Assembly: GCA_949287245.1 (NCBI GenBank)
Contig: CASEFL010000003.1
Coordinates: 67,404-131,403, forward strand
Source: an uncultured Bacillota bacterium
Lineage (GTDB): Bacteria; Bacillota_I; Bacilli_A; RFN20; CAG-826
Direction: 5' to 3'
Length of the DNA stretch: 64,000 bases
Both the position numbers and the translations under genes were made by a program. The notes below the pieces were generated by a model, which was not told the DNA's origin, did no database searches, and saw only the letters and a program-made list of their open reading frames with translations. How positions within the stretch are numbered: position 1 is the stretch's first letter; each line of letters opens with the position of its first letter. Positions 19,671 through 30,214 of this stretch are shown in pieces.

Positions 19671-20751
19671 CTTTTGCTTCTGCTTCCAAAATCTTTTGTT
19701 CTTGATCGTAGTGAATTAATGCTTCGATTACTGGCTCAAGTTCACCTTCCATAACGCGATCTAATTGGTTAATTGTAAAACCAATACGGTGATCGGTTAC
19801 GCGGTTTTGTGGATAGTTATAAGTACGTATTTTTTCCGAGCGTTCGCCTGTTCCAACTTTTAGTTTTCTTTCCGTGGCACGCGCATCATCCATCTGAGAT
19901 TGATAATAATCGTGTACTTTCGCGCGGATCATTCTCATACAAATTTCTTTATTTTGTAATTGGGCCTTTTCCGTTTGGCAAGAAACCACTAAGCCCGTAG
20001 GAATATGGGTAATACGGACAGCGGACTCTGTTTTATTAACATTTTGCCCTCCAGCACCTTGCGAGCGATAAGTATCAATTTTTAAATCAGCAGGATTAAT
20101 CTTAACATCCACTTCTTCTGCTTCCGGCATAACTAGAACAGTTGCCGTAGAAGTATGAATTCTGCCTGACGCTTCCGTTTTCGGCACACGTTGAACACGG
20201 TGCGCACCCGATTCAAACTTTAACTTTGAGTAAACATTTTCTCCTTTAACCATAAAAGAGACATAAGAGTATCCACCAGCGGTACCTTCTTCCCCGTCTA
20301 AATATTGAAGTTTCCACCCTTGTTTTTCACAATAATGTTGATACATTCTCATCAAATCACCCGCAAAAATATTGGCTTCATCTCCACCAACAGCACCGCG
20401 AATTTCAACAATAATATTTTTAGAATCGTTTGGATCAACGGGTAATAAGTCCGTTCGAAGTTCGCTTTCTAAACGAGTCATTTCTTCTTCTAGTCGTTTT
20501 CTTTCTTCCTTCATTAAAGGGGCTAACTCATCATCCCCAGAAAGAATAATTTCTTCCGCTTCATGAAGATCATTTTCCATTTGCAAATAATGAGAAAATT
20601 TCTCATAGGCATTTCGCAAAGAAGCCTGTTCTTTAGAAAGCGAAGTAAGTTTTGCTACATCGCTTGCGATTAAAGGATCCTCAAGTTCGCAATCAATTTC
20701 TTCGTATCGTTTTTTTACGGCTTCAAGCCGTTTTCTCATACTTTCTTCCAT
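19654..20751 (-). CDS. prfA: Peptide chain release factor 1
   Basis: PKT anticodon motif, GGQ, RTYNYPQNRVTDHR. Confidence 0.99.
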   Translation of the reverse strand: MEESMRKRLEAVKKRYEEIDCELEDPLIASDVAKLTSLSKEQASLRNAYEKFSHYLQMENDLHEAEEIILSGDDELAPLMKEERKRLEEEMTRLESELRTDLLPVDPNDSKNIIVEIRGAVGGDEANIFAGDLMRMYQHYCEKQGWKLQYLDGEEGTAGGYSYVSFMVKGENVYSKLKFESGAHRVQRVPKTEASGRIHTSTATVLVMPEAEEVDVKINPADLKIDTYRSQGAGGQNVNKTESAVRITHIPTGLVVSCQTEKAQLQNKEICMRMIRAKVHDYYQSQMDDARATERKLKVGTGERSEKIRTYNYPQNRVTDHRIGFTINQLDRVMEGELEPVIEALIHYDQEQKILEAEAKDGDHR

Positions 20752-20825
20752 ACACGCTTATTATAGCATTTTGAAACTATTATCCTCACTAGAGGGAAAC
20801 GCATGAGAGTTTTATAATAGAAGAG

Positions 20826-22496
20826 ATGTCATATAAAGCTCTTTATTTAAAATACCGTCCTCAAACTTTTGCGGAAGTAGCAGGGCAAACGCCTATTGTA
20901 AAAACTCTGCAAAAATCCATTGAACTTGGAAAAATTGCCCATGCTTATCTTTTTTCTGGCCCTCGTGGAACAGGAAAAACAACCATGGCACGTTTGTTTG
21001 CAAAAGCTTTGAACTGCCAACAAGGAATAGGAAAGCAATGTGGCGAATGTGAGGATTGTCGATTAATTGCTGAAGGCACTCATCCTGACGTGTTAGAAAT
21101 TGATGCTGCTTCCAATAATGGTGTTGATCAAGTAAGAGACCTCATTGAACAAGTCAACTATTCTCCTATTAAGGGCCGCTATAAGGTATATATCATTGAT
21201 GAAGTGCATATGATGACGGATAGTGCATTTAATGCACTTTTAAAGACGCTTGAAGAACCGCCTGAAAATGTTGTTTTCATTTTATGCACAACAGAACCTC
21301 ATCAAGTTCTACCTACCATCTTATCCCGCTGTCAACGCTATGACTTTCACCCATTAAGCGAAGAGGAAATGAAAGAAAAGTTAACGGAAATTCTTCAACA
21401 TGAAGGAGCAGCTTTTGAATTCGATGCTTTATCCACGATTTGTGAATTAGCTGATGGCGGAATGAGAGATGCTCTTTCTATTACTGACCAACTATTAGCG
21501 TATTCAAACAATACCTTACGCTTATCGGATCTTTTAGATGTATATGGTTTAGCAAGCAAGGAGGAAAAACTTTCCTTGCTTCACGCAATGTTTGAAGGAA
21601 ATGCAACAATGGTCGTTGGAAAAACAGAACTTTATCGAAATTCTGGCATCGACTTACAACGGCTTACAAAAGAACTGATTGCCTACTTAAAAGACACTTA
21701 CGTTTATAGCAAAACTCAGAAAAAAGAACTTCTTGTTTACTTAAATGAGAAAGAGGCAAATAGTTTACTTTCCTTAGTAAATGAAGAAACCCTAATAGCT
21801 TCATTAAACATTCTTTTTGATGTGGAATCTCAATATCGTTTTGTAGATGATGCCCGCAGTTTATTTGAACTTTGTTTACTTCGTTTAACAAGCACTAAGA
21901 AGAAAGAAGAACGAAAAGAGACCGAAAACGTTACCAAAAAAGATTCATTGTCTTTTGAAGAAAAGCCTTCCTTTGAAATTTCGAACGAAGAACCTTCATT
22001 TGTTCAAGTAATTTCTAAACCAGTGGAAGAAAAGAAAAAGTCGTCTTTTGATTTATCCTCTTTTCACTTCCCTTTGCTTTCTGTAGAAGGGGAGGAATAT
22101 ACCTTACCAAAAGAAACATTAATTCAATTAGCAACAAGGGGGAATAAAGAAGAAAAAAATCGTCTTTATTCCATGTGGTCATTACTAGAAGAGATTGTAA
22201 ACGAAGAAAAAGCAGGCCCTTATGCCTCTTTGCTTTTACAAGGAAAGCCATATTTGCTTTGCGATGAATGTCTTGTTGTTCAATATGACTATATGAATCA
22301 AAAGAAGAAGGCAAATATTATAGAAAATCAAAAACCCCTTGCTTATCTTGTAGAATGTCTATTAGGTAGAAAAGTATTCTTATACGGAATTGAGCCAAGC
22401 GAACGTGCGGATATAAATTACACCTTCCGACAACTACAAAGAGATAATGCGTTGCCAAAAAAAGAGGACCCACTAGAAATTCCAAAAATTGACTAA
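20826..22496 (+). CDS. dnaX: DNA polymerase III subunit gamma/tau
   Basis: KYRPQTF, GPRGTGKT, EIDAAS, DEVHM, LLKTLEEPP, SRC. Confidence 0.98.
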   Translation: MSYKALYLKYRPQTFAEVAGQTPIVKTLQKSIELGKIAHAYLFSGPRGTGKTTMARLFAKALNCQQGIGKQCGECEDCRLIAEGTHPDVLEIDAASNNGVDQVRDLIEQVNYSPIKGRYKVYIIDEVHMMTDSAFNALLKTLEEPPENVVFILCTTEPHQVLPTILSRCQRYDFHPLSEEEMKEKLTEILQHEGAAFEFDALSTICELADGGMRDALSITDQLLAYSNNTLRLSDLLDVYGLASKEEKLSLLHAMFEGNATMVVGKTELYRNSGIDLQRLTKELIAYLKDTYVYSKTQKKELLVYLNEKEANSLLSLVNEETLIASLNILFDVESQYRFVDDARSLFELCLLRLTSTKKKEERKETENVTKKDSLSFEEKPSFEISNEEPSFVQVISKPVEEKKKSSFDLSSFHFPLLSVEGEEYTLPKETLIQLATRGNKEEKNRLYSMWSLLEEIVNEEKAGPYASLLLQGKPYLLCDECLVVQYDYMNQKKKANIIENQKPLAYLVECLLGRKVFLYGIEPSERADINYTFRQLQRDNALPKKEDPLEIPKID

Positions 22497-22525
22497 GATT
22501 TGCAAAGATAATGGAGGAATTATTT

Positions 22526-22825
22526 ATGAACCAAATGCAAAGAATGATCCAAGAAGCTCAACGGATGCAAAATCGAATGAACAAACTGCACGCAGAATTA
22601 GAGGCAAAGGAATTTAGTGTTGAGAAAAATGGTTTAGTAAAAATTACTATGCTTGGAAAAAGAGAATTAACTTATATTCAAATCAACTCTGATAGTTTAC
22701 AAGAAGATAAAGAAGTCATTGAAGATACTTTACGTCTTGCGATTAATGAAGCCCTTTTGCAAATTCAAAAAGAAGAAGATGCCATTAATGAACAAGTAAC
22801 ATCAAAAGCAGGATTCCCGTTCTAA
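22526..22825 (+). CDS. ybaB: YbaB/EbfC nucleoid-associated protein
   Basis: MIQEAQRMQ...GLVKITM...AINEA; lies between dnaX and recR. Confidence 0.9.
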   Translation: MNQMQRMIQEAQRMQNRMNKLHAELEAKEFSVEKNGLVKITMLGKRELTYIQINSDSLQEDKEVIEDTLRLAINEALLQIQKEEDAINEQVTSKAGFPF

Positions 22826-23427
22826 TGAAAAACGAATATCTTCCCACCTTAGAATCTTTAGTTTCAGCACTCAGTAAATTACCCGGAGTTGGAACAAAAA
22901 CTGCTGAACGTTATGCCTTCTCCATTTTAGATATGGATGCAAAGGAAATAGAAGAATTGGCGAGCAGTATTCAAAAAGCAAAAAGCAACATTCACCCGTG
23001 CCCAAACTGTGGTCTTTTAACAGAGGACGACGAATGTTCTATTTGTAAAGATGAAAATCGTGATCATTCTCTTCTTTGTGTAATTACAAGTCCAAAAGAT
23101 TTTTTCCCTATAGAAAAAAGCAGAAGCTTCCATGGTGTATATCACGTTTTAAAAGGAACCATTGCCATTTCTAAGGGTATGGATGCGGAAGATATTGGTA
23201 TAAATCAATTATTAAAGCGAATTGAGGAAGAAAAATTTAAAGAAATTATCTTAGCGACTGAACCAACATTAGATGGCGAAACTACTGCTTTATATATTGC
23301 CAATTGTCTTAAAAATACCCCAATCCAACTAAGTCGACTTGCCTACGGATTGTCTTTAGGAAGTCGCTTAGAGTATGTGGATACCTTGACGATGGAAAGG
23401 GCTTTTGAAGGAAGGAGAAAACTTTAA
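22825..23427 (+). CDS. recR: Recombination mediator RecR
   Basis: LPGVG.KTAER, C4 zinc finger, YHVL.G, DGETTA. Confidence 0.97.
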   Translation: MKNEYLPTLESLVSALSKLPGVGTKTAERYAFSILDMDAKEIEELASSIQKAKSNIHPCPNCGLLTEDDECSICKDENRDHSLLCVITSPKDFFPIEKSRSFHGVYHVLKGTIAISKGMDAEDIGINQLLKRIEEEKFKEIILATEPTLDGETTALYIANCLKNTPIQLSRLAYGLSLGSRLEYVDTLTMERAFEGRRKL

Positions 23428-23428
23428 G

Positions 23429-24049
23429 ATGTTTATCACTTTTGAAGGCGGAGAAGGTTCTGGTAAAAGCACTGCTATAAAAAAATTAGAACAAGCTTTA
23501 ATAAATGCAGGAAAGAAAGTTTTAATTACCCGTGAGCCTGGTGGAACTCCTATTAGTGAACAAATTCGCGAAGTAATTTTGCGAAAAGAAAACACTTCAA
23601 TGGATCCATGGACGGAAGCATATTTGTACGCCGCATCAAGACGCCAACATGTAATTGAAAAAATTAAACCTGCTCTTGAGAAAGGAATTATTGTTATTTC
23701 CGATCGTTATTTAGATAGTTCTCTTGCTTATCAAGGAGGAGCAAGGGGTTTAGGGATAAAAGAAGTGCTCACTCTTAATCATTTTGCAATTGATGGGCTT
23801 TTCCCTGATTTAACAATTTTCTTTGATTTACCACCAGAAGAAGGTCTTTCACGAATTTCTCATAATTCTAATCGTGAAGTTAACCGTTTGGATGTAGAAA
23901 GAATGGCTTTTCATGAAAAGGTTCGCGCGGCCTTTTATGAATTAAAAACACTTTATCCAGAACGAATTCACATGATTGATGCAAGTTTAACCCCAGACGA
24001 AGTATTTGCAGAAATCGAAAAATTAATACCGGATTTGCTTAGAAAATGA
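23429..24049 (+). CDS. tmk: Thymidylate kinase
   Basis: FITFEGGEGSGKST, TREPGG, DRYLDSSLAYQG. Confidence 0.98.
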   Translation: MFITFEGGEGSGKSTAIKKLEQALINAGKKVLITREPGGTPISEQIREVILRKENTSMDPWTEAYLYAASRRQHVIEKIKPALEKGIIVISDRYLDSSLAYQGGARGLGIKEVLTLNHFAIDGLFPDLTIFFDLPPEEGLSRISHNSNREVNRLDVERMAFHEKVRAAFYELKTLYPERIHMIDASLTPDEVFAEIEKLIPDLLRK

Positions 24050-25017
24050 AAGTTTTTGAATATTTAAATCATCGCCAAAAACAAGTATTACATATTTTTG
24101 AAGCTACTTTTGAACGACAACGAGTTCCTCATGCTTTTTTGCTTTCAGGAGAAAAAGGAATTCCTTTAAAAGAAGTGGCTATCTTTCTTGCAAAATCTTT
24201 CGTATGCGACTCCCCATCCCCTTTAGCCTGTGAATCCTGCTTGTCCTGCCAAAGAATCGAAAATTTTACAAACCAAGATTTTATTTTTATTGATGGGGAA
24301 GAAAACACGATTAAAAAAGAACAAATTCAGATGATTACCTCATCCTTTAATCGAACTCCTTTAGAAGAAAAAGGAATCATGATTTATGTTATTCATCTTG
24401 TTGAAAACATGAATGAATATTCTACAAACGCTTTATTAAAATTTTTAGAAGAACCAAAACCAAACACATATGCCATCTTAACAACGGAAAATGTCGCTCG
24501 ACTACTCCCTACGATTCGCTCGCGATGCGAGGAAGTACGTTTTCGTTTAGCGCCCAGAAAGGAAATTGTTCAAGAAACGATAAAACTGGGTGCAAAAATA
24601 GATGATGCTGAACTTCTTTCTTCCATTGCGAATTCTGGCGAATTAATTGTTGAACTGTCAAAAGAAGAGACAGTTAAAAAAGCAAAAGATTGTTTTTTGC
24701 TCACTTTAAAGGCATTTCATGAAAGAAAAGAGGATATTGTTTATAATCTAGAAAGAGAAGTTATCTCTCCTTTAAAAGGAAAGGAGGAAGCACGATACTT
24801 CTTACAATTTCTAGCTACTTTTTTCAAAGATACTTTATCGAAAAAAGGAGACTTACAAAGTTATATCGATGAGGAACAGTTTTTCTTTCAAAAGTTTTCT
24901 CATTTGGCGAAAAATCTTGAGCTTATTCTGCAAGCACAAGGGGATTTAAAAAGAAAAATACAGCCCTCTTTGGTGCTCGAACACACTTTACGCTCTTTAG
25001 TGGAGGATATGGCATGA
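24046..25017 (+). CDS. holB: DNA polymerase III subunit delta'
   Basis: HAFLLSG, zinc-binding Cys cluster, NALLKFLEEP, LLPTIRSRC; follows tmk. Confidence 0.92.
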   Translation: MKVFEYLNHRQKQVLHIFEATFERQRVPHAFLLSGEKGIPLKEVAIFLAKSFVCDSPSPLACESCLSCQRIENFTNQDFIFIDGEENTIKKEQIQMITSSFNRTPLEEKGIMIYVIHLVENMNEYSTNALLKFLEEPKPNTYAILTTENVARLLPTIRSRCEEVRFRLAPRKEIVQETIKLGAKIDDAELLSSIANSGELIVELSKEETVKKAKDCFLLTLKAFHERKEDIVYNLEREVISPLKGKEEARYFLQFLATFFKDTLSKKGDLQSYIDEEQFFFQKFSHLAKNLELILQAQGDLKRKIQPSLVLEHTLRSLVEDMA

Positions 25018-25949
25018 ACGAAGAAAATGTTGATATCGCGGATACAATACAATATATCGGAGTAAAGGCTCCACACACAGAAAAAGCAAGATATTTTGCT
25101 ACTTTTCTTGAAGATCTCAAGATTGGTGAGAAAGTGGTTATTGATACTGAATATGGTAAAACCATTGGGATAACTACAACCCTCCCCTTCCCTAGAAAAA
25201 AATACAAAGGCGAAGAAGTAGATAAAATTCGTGCCGTCGTTCGTAAAGCGGATGAAGACGATCTGAAAAACTTTGCTTTAGGGGTAAAAGAGGCAAAATT
25301 CGCCTTAGACATCGCAAAGGAAGAAGCTAACCGCTTAGATCTTGGAATGCGTTTTGTTTCCTCTGCATATGATTTAGATGGGAACAGCCTAATTCTTTAC
25401 TATACAAGCGATGGGCGGGTTGATTTCCGTGACTTATTAATTGTTTTAAAAGAACGTTTAGAATGCACAAAATTAACTTTGCTAGCCATCCCACCCCGCG
25501 ATAAAGCACAAATGGTTGGGGGAATTGGAATCTGCGGCCTTCCTTTATGCTGTACAAAATTTTTAAGAAAATTTGAGGGAATTCAAATTACAAGAGCAAA
25601 AAATCAAGGATTAACTCTTAATACTTCAAAAATATCTGGTCAATGTGGAAAACTCATGTGTTGTCTTTTATACGAAGATGATTATTACACAGAGGCACGA
25701 AAAGAGTTTCCCCCTATAGGATTTACCTACACCATTAAAGGAATAGATTGGACGATTGATTCTTATAATCTTATTGCGCGAACGATAAAGATGGTTTCTA
25801 GTGAAGAAACGATTGTTGTTTCATTAGAAGAATTTCAATCCATGGTCGCTAGAAAAGGAAGTCGTCCCTATCATCCAAAAAGAGAATTTTCCGCATCTCA
25901 TCTAAATGAAACTAATGAGGATATAGACAATGGCTCTAACAAGAGATAA
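25014..25949 (+). CDS. ricT: PSP1/YaaT (RicT) protein
   Basis: RVDFRDL, GGIGICGLPLCC, KISGQCGKLMCCL.YE. Confidence 0.93.
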   Translation: MNEENVDIADTIQYIGVKAPHTEKARYFATFLEDLKIGEKVVIDTEYGKTIGITTTLPFPRKKYKGEEVDKIRAVVRKADEDDLKNFALGVKEAKFALDIAKEEANRLDLGMRFVSSAYDLDGNSLILYYTSDGRVDFRDLLIVLKERLECTKLTLLAIPPRDKAQMVGGIGICGLPLCCTKFLRKFEGIQITRAKNQGLTLNTSKISGQCGKLMCCLLYEDDYYTEARKEFPPIGFTYTIKGIDWTIDSYNLIARTIKMVSSEETIVVSLEEFQSMVARKGSRPYHPKREFSASHLNETNEDIDNGSNKR

Positions 25950-26802
25950 AAGTTTTCTTGGTGATGAGCCCATTTTATACATAGTAGCTACACCAATTGG
26001 GAATCGCGAAGAAGTTAGTCAAAGGTTCCTTAATCTTTTAAAAGAAATGGATTTCATTGCGGCAGAAGACACAAGAAACTCTTCGACACTTCTACAAAGT
26101 TTTGGGATTAAAAAACCCTTTATTGCCTGCCACGAACATAACGAAGAAGAGGCCTCAGATAAAATCATTGCCTTGCTTCTAGAAGGCAAAAAGTTAGCCT
26201 ATATGTCGGATGCTGGATATCCCTTAGTTTCTGATCCAGGTAGTCGACTTGTAAAACGTGTTATAAACGCAGGAATTAAAGTAAGCGTTATTAATGGTCC
26301 TAGTGCCTTTTTACCTGCCTTGGTAGGGTCTAATTTACCTACGGATCATTTTTATTTTTATGGATTTTTACCTCCTAAAGAAAAAGAAAGAGAGAAGGAA
26401 TTACGCTTTTTAAAACCGATTCGCGCTACTTTAATTTTTTATGAAGCACCACACCGCATAAAAGATATGCTCATAAGTTGTCTTCATATCCTAGGAGATA
26501 GAAAAGTTTGTTTAGCGCGCGAATTAAGCAAACTTCACGAAGAATACATTCGGGGTTCTTTAGAAGAACTTGTAAATTTATGTAGCGAAGAAAAACTAAA
26601 AGGCGAGATCGTTTTAATTGTTGAAGGATGTAAAGATAAAGAACAAATTGCTTTAGATGAATCGGATATTTTATCTATTCTTTATGAAGAGTTAAAAGTA
26701 CAGGCTCCAGGCCCTGCTGCTAAAACAGTTGCCGATAAATTGGGGTTACGAAAAGCGGAAGTGTATGACTTATACTTACGTCACAAAAACGAACGAGCAT
26801 AA
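25930..26802 (+). CDS. rsmI: 16S rRNA C1402 2'-O-methyltransferase
   Basis: LYIVATPIGN, AAEDTR, SDAGYP.VSDPG, YEAPHR, ARELSKLHEE. Confidence 0.97.
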   Translation: MALTRDKSFLGDEPILYIVATPIGNREEVSQRFLNLLKEMDFIAAEDTRNSSTLLQSFGIKKPFIACHEHNEEEASDKIIALLLEGKKLAYMSDAGYPLVSDPGSRLVKRVINAGIKVSVINGPSAFLPALVGSNLPTDHFYFYGFLPPKEKEREKELRFLKPIRATLIFYEAPHRIKDMLISCLHILGDRKVCLARELSKLHEEYIRGSLEELVNLCSEEKLKGEIVLIVEGCKDKEQIALDESDILSILYEELKVQAPGPAAKTVADKLGLRKAEVYDLYLRHKNERA

Positions 26803-26811
26803 TTTAAAAAT

Positions 26812-29800
26812 TTAATTTTCTCTTTGGGATTTGCAGGGATTTTTTAAATCTTCTTCCAAAACCTCTTTTTTACTAACCTTATATTGATAAAGGAAAGCAC
26901 CCAATTGATACAAACCTAAAGAAGCAATGCCAACCATCCCTAAAGCTACACTCACATTCAGTGTCGGCGTGCGATAATTTAAATTCCAATGCCAGTCGCC
27001 GGAAGGCAATACAAAACCTACTAAACCACCATTGATGCAATATATTTTTGGTTGATAAATTTCTCCCTCTTTTTCTCCTTGAATTGACCAACCAGCATCA
27101 TATCCTAAAGTTGTTACTACCAATTCGGGGCGGTCATAGGATGTATCAAAATCAAAGTGGTCTGTATGGAATTTCACATTTTGAAGGGCATTTTCTCCTC
27201 TTACTGAATCAATGTTTTGCTCAAAAGAGGATCGTTCTTGCATATAAATTGTTGGTGTTTGGAAGGTCATGGTACCCGTTCCCTTGTAGCAAAAAACAAT
27301 ATAGCGGCAGCGTCCAGGAACATAAAAGCCGAAAATGTCTCCGCCGCTTCTAACAGAGTGATAAGACCAGTTTTCTAACATCTTATAGTCATAACAAAGC
27401 ACTTGGTTGTGTTCTTCTTCATCAATAATGCCGTTTTCATTTCCATCAAAATCACCAATAAAATACACTCTTGGAGCAACAGAATTTTGCGGGAGTTGCA
27501 TATCTAAAACAAAATAAGCTCCCTCTTCATCTTCATTAAAATAGCCAGATGAGTTTTTAGGTGCGGCAACAGCCTTTCCAAAATCCGATACAAGAATACT
27601 ACTAGAAAGAAATGTCTTGTCCGAAACTACTGGATTAAGAGAATCAGGAGAGGAAGCCTCATTGTTTTCTAAATAAGTTAAAAAATATCCAGGATCCCAA
27701 TTGATGCCTAAGTCCTCATTCACAGCAAAATATCCATACTCAATTTGTTTATCATGTCGAGTTTCAATGTTTCTCCAAGTAATGTTATTCGCTAATGAAG
27801 TTAAATACGCACTGCTATAACTAGCAATAGGGGCTTCACTTAATGTGCGATTATCCCCCTCTTGTTGAAGAAGAGATAATACTTCTTCTACTTCATCGTC
27901 TTTAACAATTGCCCCATCAAGATAAACTTGTTCGTTTCTTAAAACCTCAGAAGCAATACGACTAGACGCAGTATTGGTAAAGAAATTAGAGTAATTTCTT
28001 GTACCTTCTTGTAAACCTTCCTCGTAAATGTACTCTACTTTATGTCCTAAAGAAGATTCTAGAGCATAAGGACTCTCATATAACCGGAACGTTTCATTTT
28101 CACCAATCAGTTTGGAACCAAAAGGCACGTTCGGGGCAAAATCATCATACCCATAGGTATACCCTTCGTTTTGAATTAAGTAATAGCGTGTCCCTACCGC
28201 TAAATCAAAACCAATCCGTTTATTTGCATAATAAGCGGACCAAGACTTTGTAATAATGTCTTGCCCAAAGGCTTCATGCCCACCTTCATTATTCGTAATA
28301 TAACTATAACGAGCAAAAGAAGCGACGTCGTAATTAAACAAAGAATGGAAATGACTCGTTCCATTATATCCATAAGCAAAGTTTGTGTTTCGATCTGTAT
28401 TTGCATCACTATATGCTCGATAGTAGTCTTCTTCTTTGTCCTTATAAGCCTCTTCAAATAAAGAAAGAGAATTTGTGTAATAATTTTCTCCCCCTAACCA
28501 ATTTTTCTCTGAGAGCATCGATCCATAAAAGAAAGAGCAATTCCCGGATATTGTAATTTCCACCACAACAAAACAAAGGAGGATTTTCCATAAATCTTTT
28601 CGATGGTGAAGAACAACAATTAAGGATCCCTCTATTAAGACAAGAGCGATTTGATAATAAACAATCCAACTCAGACTAACCGTATAGCCTTTTAAACTAA
28701 CAGAACCAGGAACTTCATAAATGGTTCCTGCATAGCCATCAGGTATCCATAAAGGAATTTGCCGCTCAGCTAAGACAAAGTAAACCAAAACATAAGAACA
28801 GATCGTTCCTAATAAAGTAAGTAGAGACCCCCCAATAAGAATGGACTTTCTTTCCCTTTTTAAAACATCAAGTTCCCTTGTTGCAGCAAGAATAATTAAT
28901 GGTACTAACACAATGTACCACCGCCCATAACCATCACCGGCAAAGGCATAGAAAAAATAATAAGAAAAGTTTGTTAATAAGAGAAAAACGCCACAAGAAA
29001 AAGCAGCAAAACTAGCCCATTTTCCTTCTTTCAAACGATGAAGCAAATTCATAAAAAACAAGATTGTAATTGGAGTATAACAAAATAATGAGGCTGTCCA
29101 AGAATCATAAGTATAAGCGGTTCCTAATTTTGCTACTGGAAGCCATAAATAGCCACATGTCGGATAAAAGAAACCAATTAAGCCTTGAACCGCTCGACCA
29201 GCATTTCCTCCAACGGGCATAAAAATTAAAGCCAAAAGATCCGTCGCACTTTGATTTTTAAATGCGTTAGTAATGGCCTCTAAATATGCCCCACCAATCG
29301 AATTTGTCCTTCCGGATAAAGAAGTCTCACGAATAGAAGGTAATAAAACCCAAGAACAACAACATAGACCAATAATAACGGCGAAAACTCCTGCTCCAAT
29401 GGCTGAAAATTGTTGTTTCCACGATCGAGTATTCCTTGTTTCAATAAACCGCCAAAGAGTATATAAAGCAGCAAAAATTAAAAAGACCACAAGAAAGAAA
29501 AAAGAAATCATTCCAAGCAAAGTAATCGCGAATACTAAGGTAATAATTTTTCTTTCTTTTAAGACTTTTTCAATTCCAAGAAGCATTAAAGGAAGAGTAA
29601 AGGCCATTGATAAATAGGAAGGAAAGCCAACCATAAAGTTTAAATAACCAGAAAAGGCAAAAACAACCCCTCCTAGGCGACTACTCTTATCCGAAACACC
29701 AAGATAAATTAAAAAAGCGCGCATCGCAAAAGCGCTTGCAACACCTTTTAAAAGGGCAGCAAGAACAAACATTTGTGGCATCCATTCGCGCGGAAAAATT

Positions 29801-30177
29801 AGAGCAGGAAGTAAGAAAGGATCGAATAACCCATAGTAAGAATTCGACCCAATATTGTCTGTTCCTAGAAAGGTTTCAAAAGAATATAAAGGAAAACTCC
29901 CTGTCTGGAAAAAGTCATACCACATATCGCGAAAGCCATAGGCCATCGTCACGTATTGAGAACTATAATCCCAGCCATATAAAACACTAAAATTATTTAA
30001 GAATATTGCATAAGCCATCCACAAAATGCCAATGACGAATACAAGAACTCCGTAATAGAAAAGAGAAGAACGGTTAAAAAGAAAAGGACAATGTTCGCGA
30101 AAAAAATCACCGCAATTTTCAATTGAAAATTTCGTTTTTTTATATTCTGAGGCTTGGGATGTAGTTTTTCGAATCAT
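26812..30177 (-). CDS. YfhO family GT-C membrane glycosyltransferase
   Basis: D...QY first loop, YYGLFDPF, multiple TMs, RWY, large outer domain, YDAGW..NGGLVG, YRTP before the last TM. Confidence 0.82.
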   Translation of the reverse strand: MIRKTTSQASEYKKTKFSIENCGDFFREHCPFLFNRSSLFYYGVLVFVIGILWMAYAIFLNNFSVLYGWDYSSQYVTMAYGFRDMWYDFFQTGSFPLYSFETFLGTDNIGSNSYYGLFDPFLLPALIFPREWMPQMFVLAALLKGVASAFAMRAFLIYLGVSDKSSRLGGVVFAFSGYLNFMVGFPSYLSMAFTLPLMLLGIEKVLKERKIITLVFAITLLGMISFFFLVVFLIFAALYTLWRFIETRNTRSWKQQFSAIGAGVFAVIIGLCCCSWVLLPSIRETSLSGRTNSIGGAYLEAITNAFKNQSATDLLALIFMPVGGNAGRAVQGLIGFFYPTCGYLWLPVAKLGTAYTYDSWTASLFCYTPITILFFMNLLHRLKEGKWASFAAFSCGVFLLLTNFSYYFFYAFAGDGYGRWYIVLVPLIILAATRELDVLKRERKSILIGGSLLTLLGTICSYVLVYFVLAERQIPLWIPDGYAGTIYEVPGSVSLKGYTVSLSWIVYYQIALVLIEGSLIVVLHHRKDLWKILLCFVVVEITISGNCSFFYGSMLSEKNWLGGENYYTNSLSLFEEAYKDKEEDYYRAYSDANTDRNTNFAYGYNGTSHFHSLFNYDVASFARYSYITNNEGGHEAFGQDIITKSWSAYYANKRIGFDLAVGTRYYLIQNEGYTYGYDDFAPNVPFGSKLIGENETFRLYESPYALESSLGHKVEYIYEEGLQEGTRNYSNFFTNTASSRIASEVLRNEQVYLDGAIVKDDEVEEVLSLLQQEGDNRTLSEAPIASYSSAYLTSLANNITWRNIETRHDKQIEYGYFAVNEDLGINWDPGYFLTYLENNEASSPDSLNPVVSDKTFLSSSILVSDFGKAVAAPKNSSGYFNEDEEGAYFVLDMQLPQNSVAPRVYFIGDFDGNENGIIDEEEHNQVLCYDYKMLENWSYHSVRSGGDIFGFYVPGRCRYIVFCYKGTGTMTFQTPTIYMQERSSFEQNIDSVRGENALQNVKFHTDHFDFDTSYDRPELVVTTLGYDAGWSIQGEKEGEIYQPKIYCINGGLVGFVLPSGDWHWNLNYRTPTLNVSVALGMVGIASLGLYQLGAFLYQYKVSKKEVLEEDLKNPCKSQREN

Positions 30178-30214
30178 TCCAATGCCTCCTTTTTACCCTA
30201 ATGGTGAGAATATA

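Noticed and set aside
20752-20825. SRP RNA upstream of dnaX, as in Bacillus
   Set aside because: The gap is only 74 bp and holds divergent -10 boxes; no SRP domain IV motif
21711-21730. A-run in dnaX as a -1 frameshift site producing the gamma subunit
   Set aside because: It reads CAG AAA AAA GAA in frame, not A AAA AAG, and no stimulatory SD or hairpin is evident
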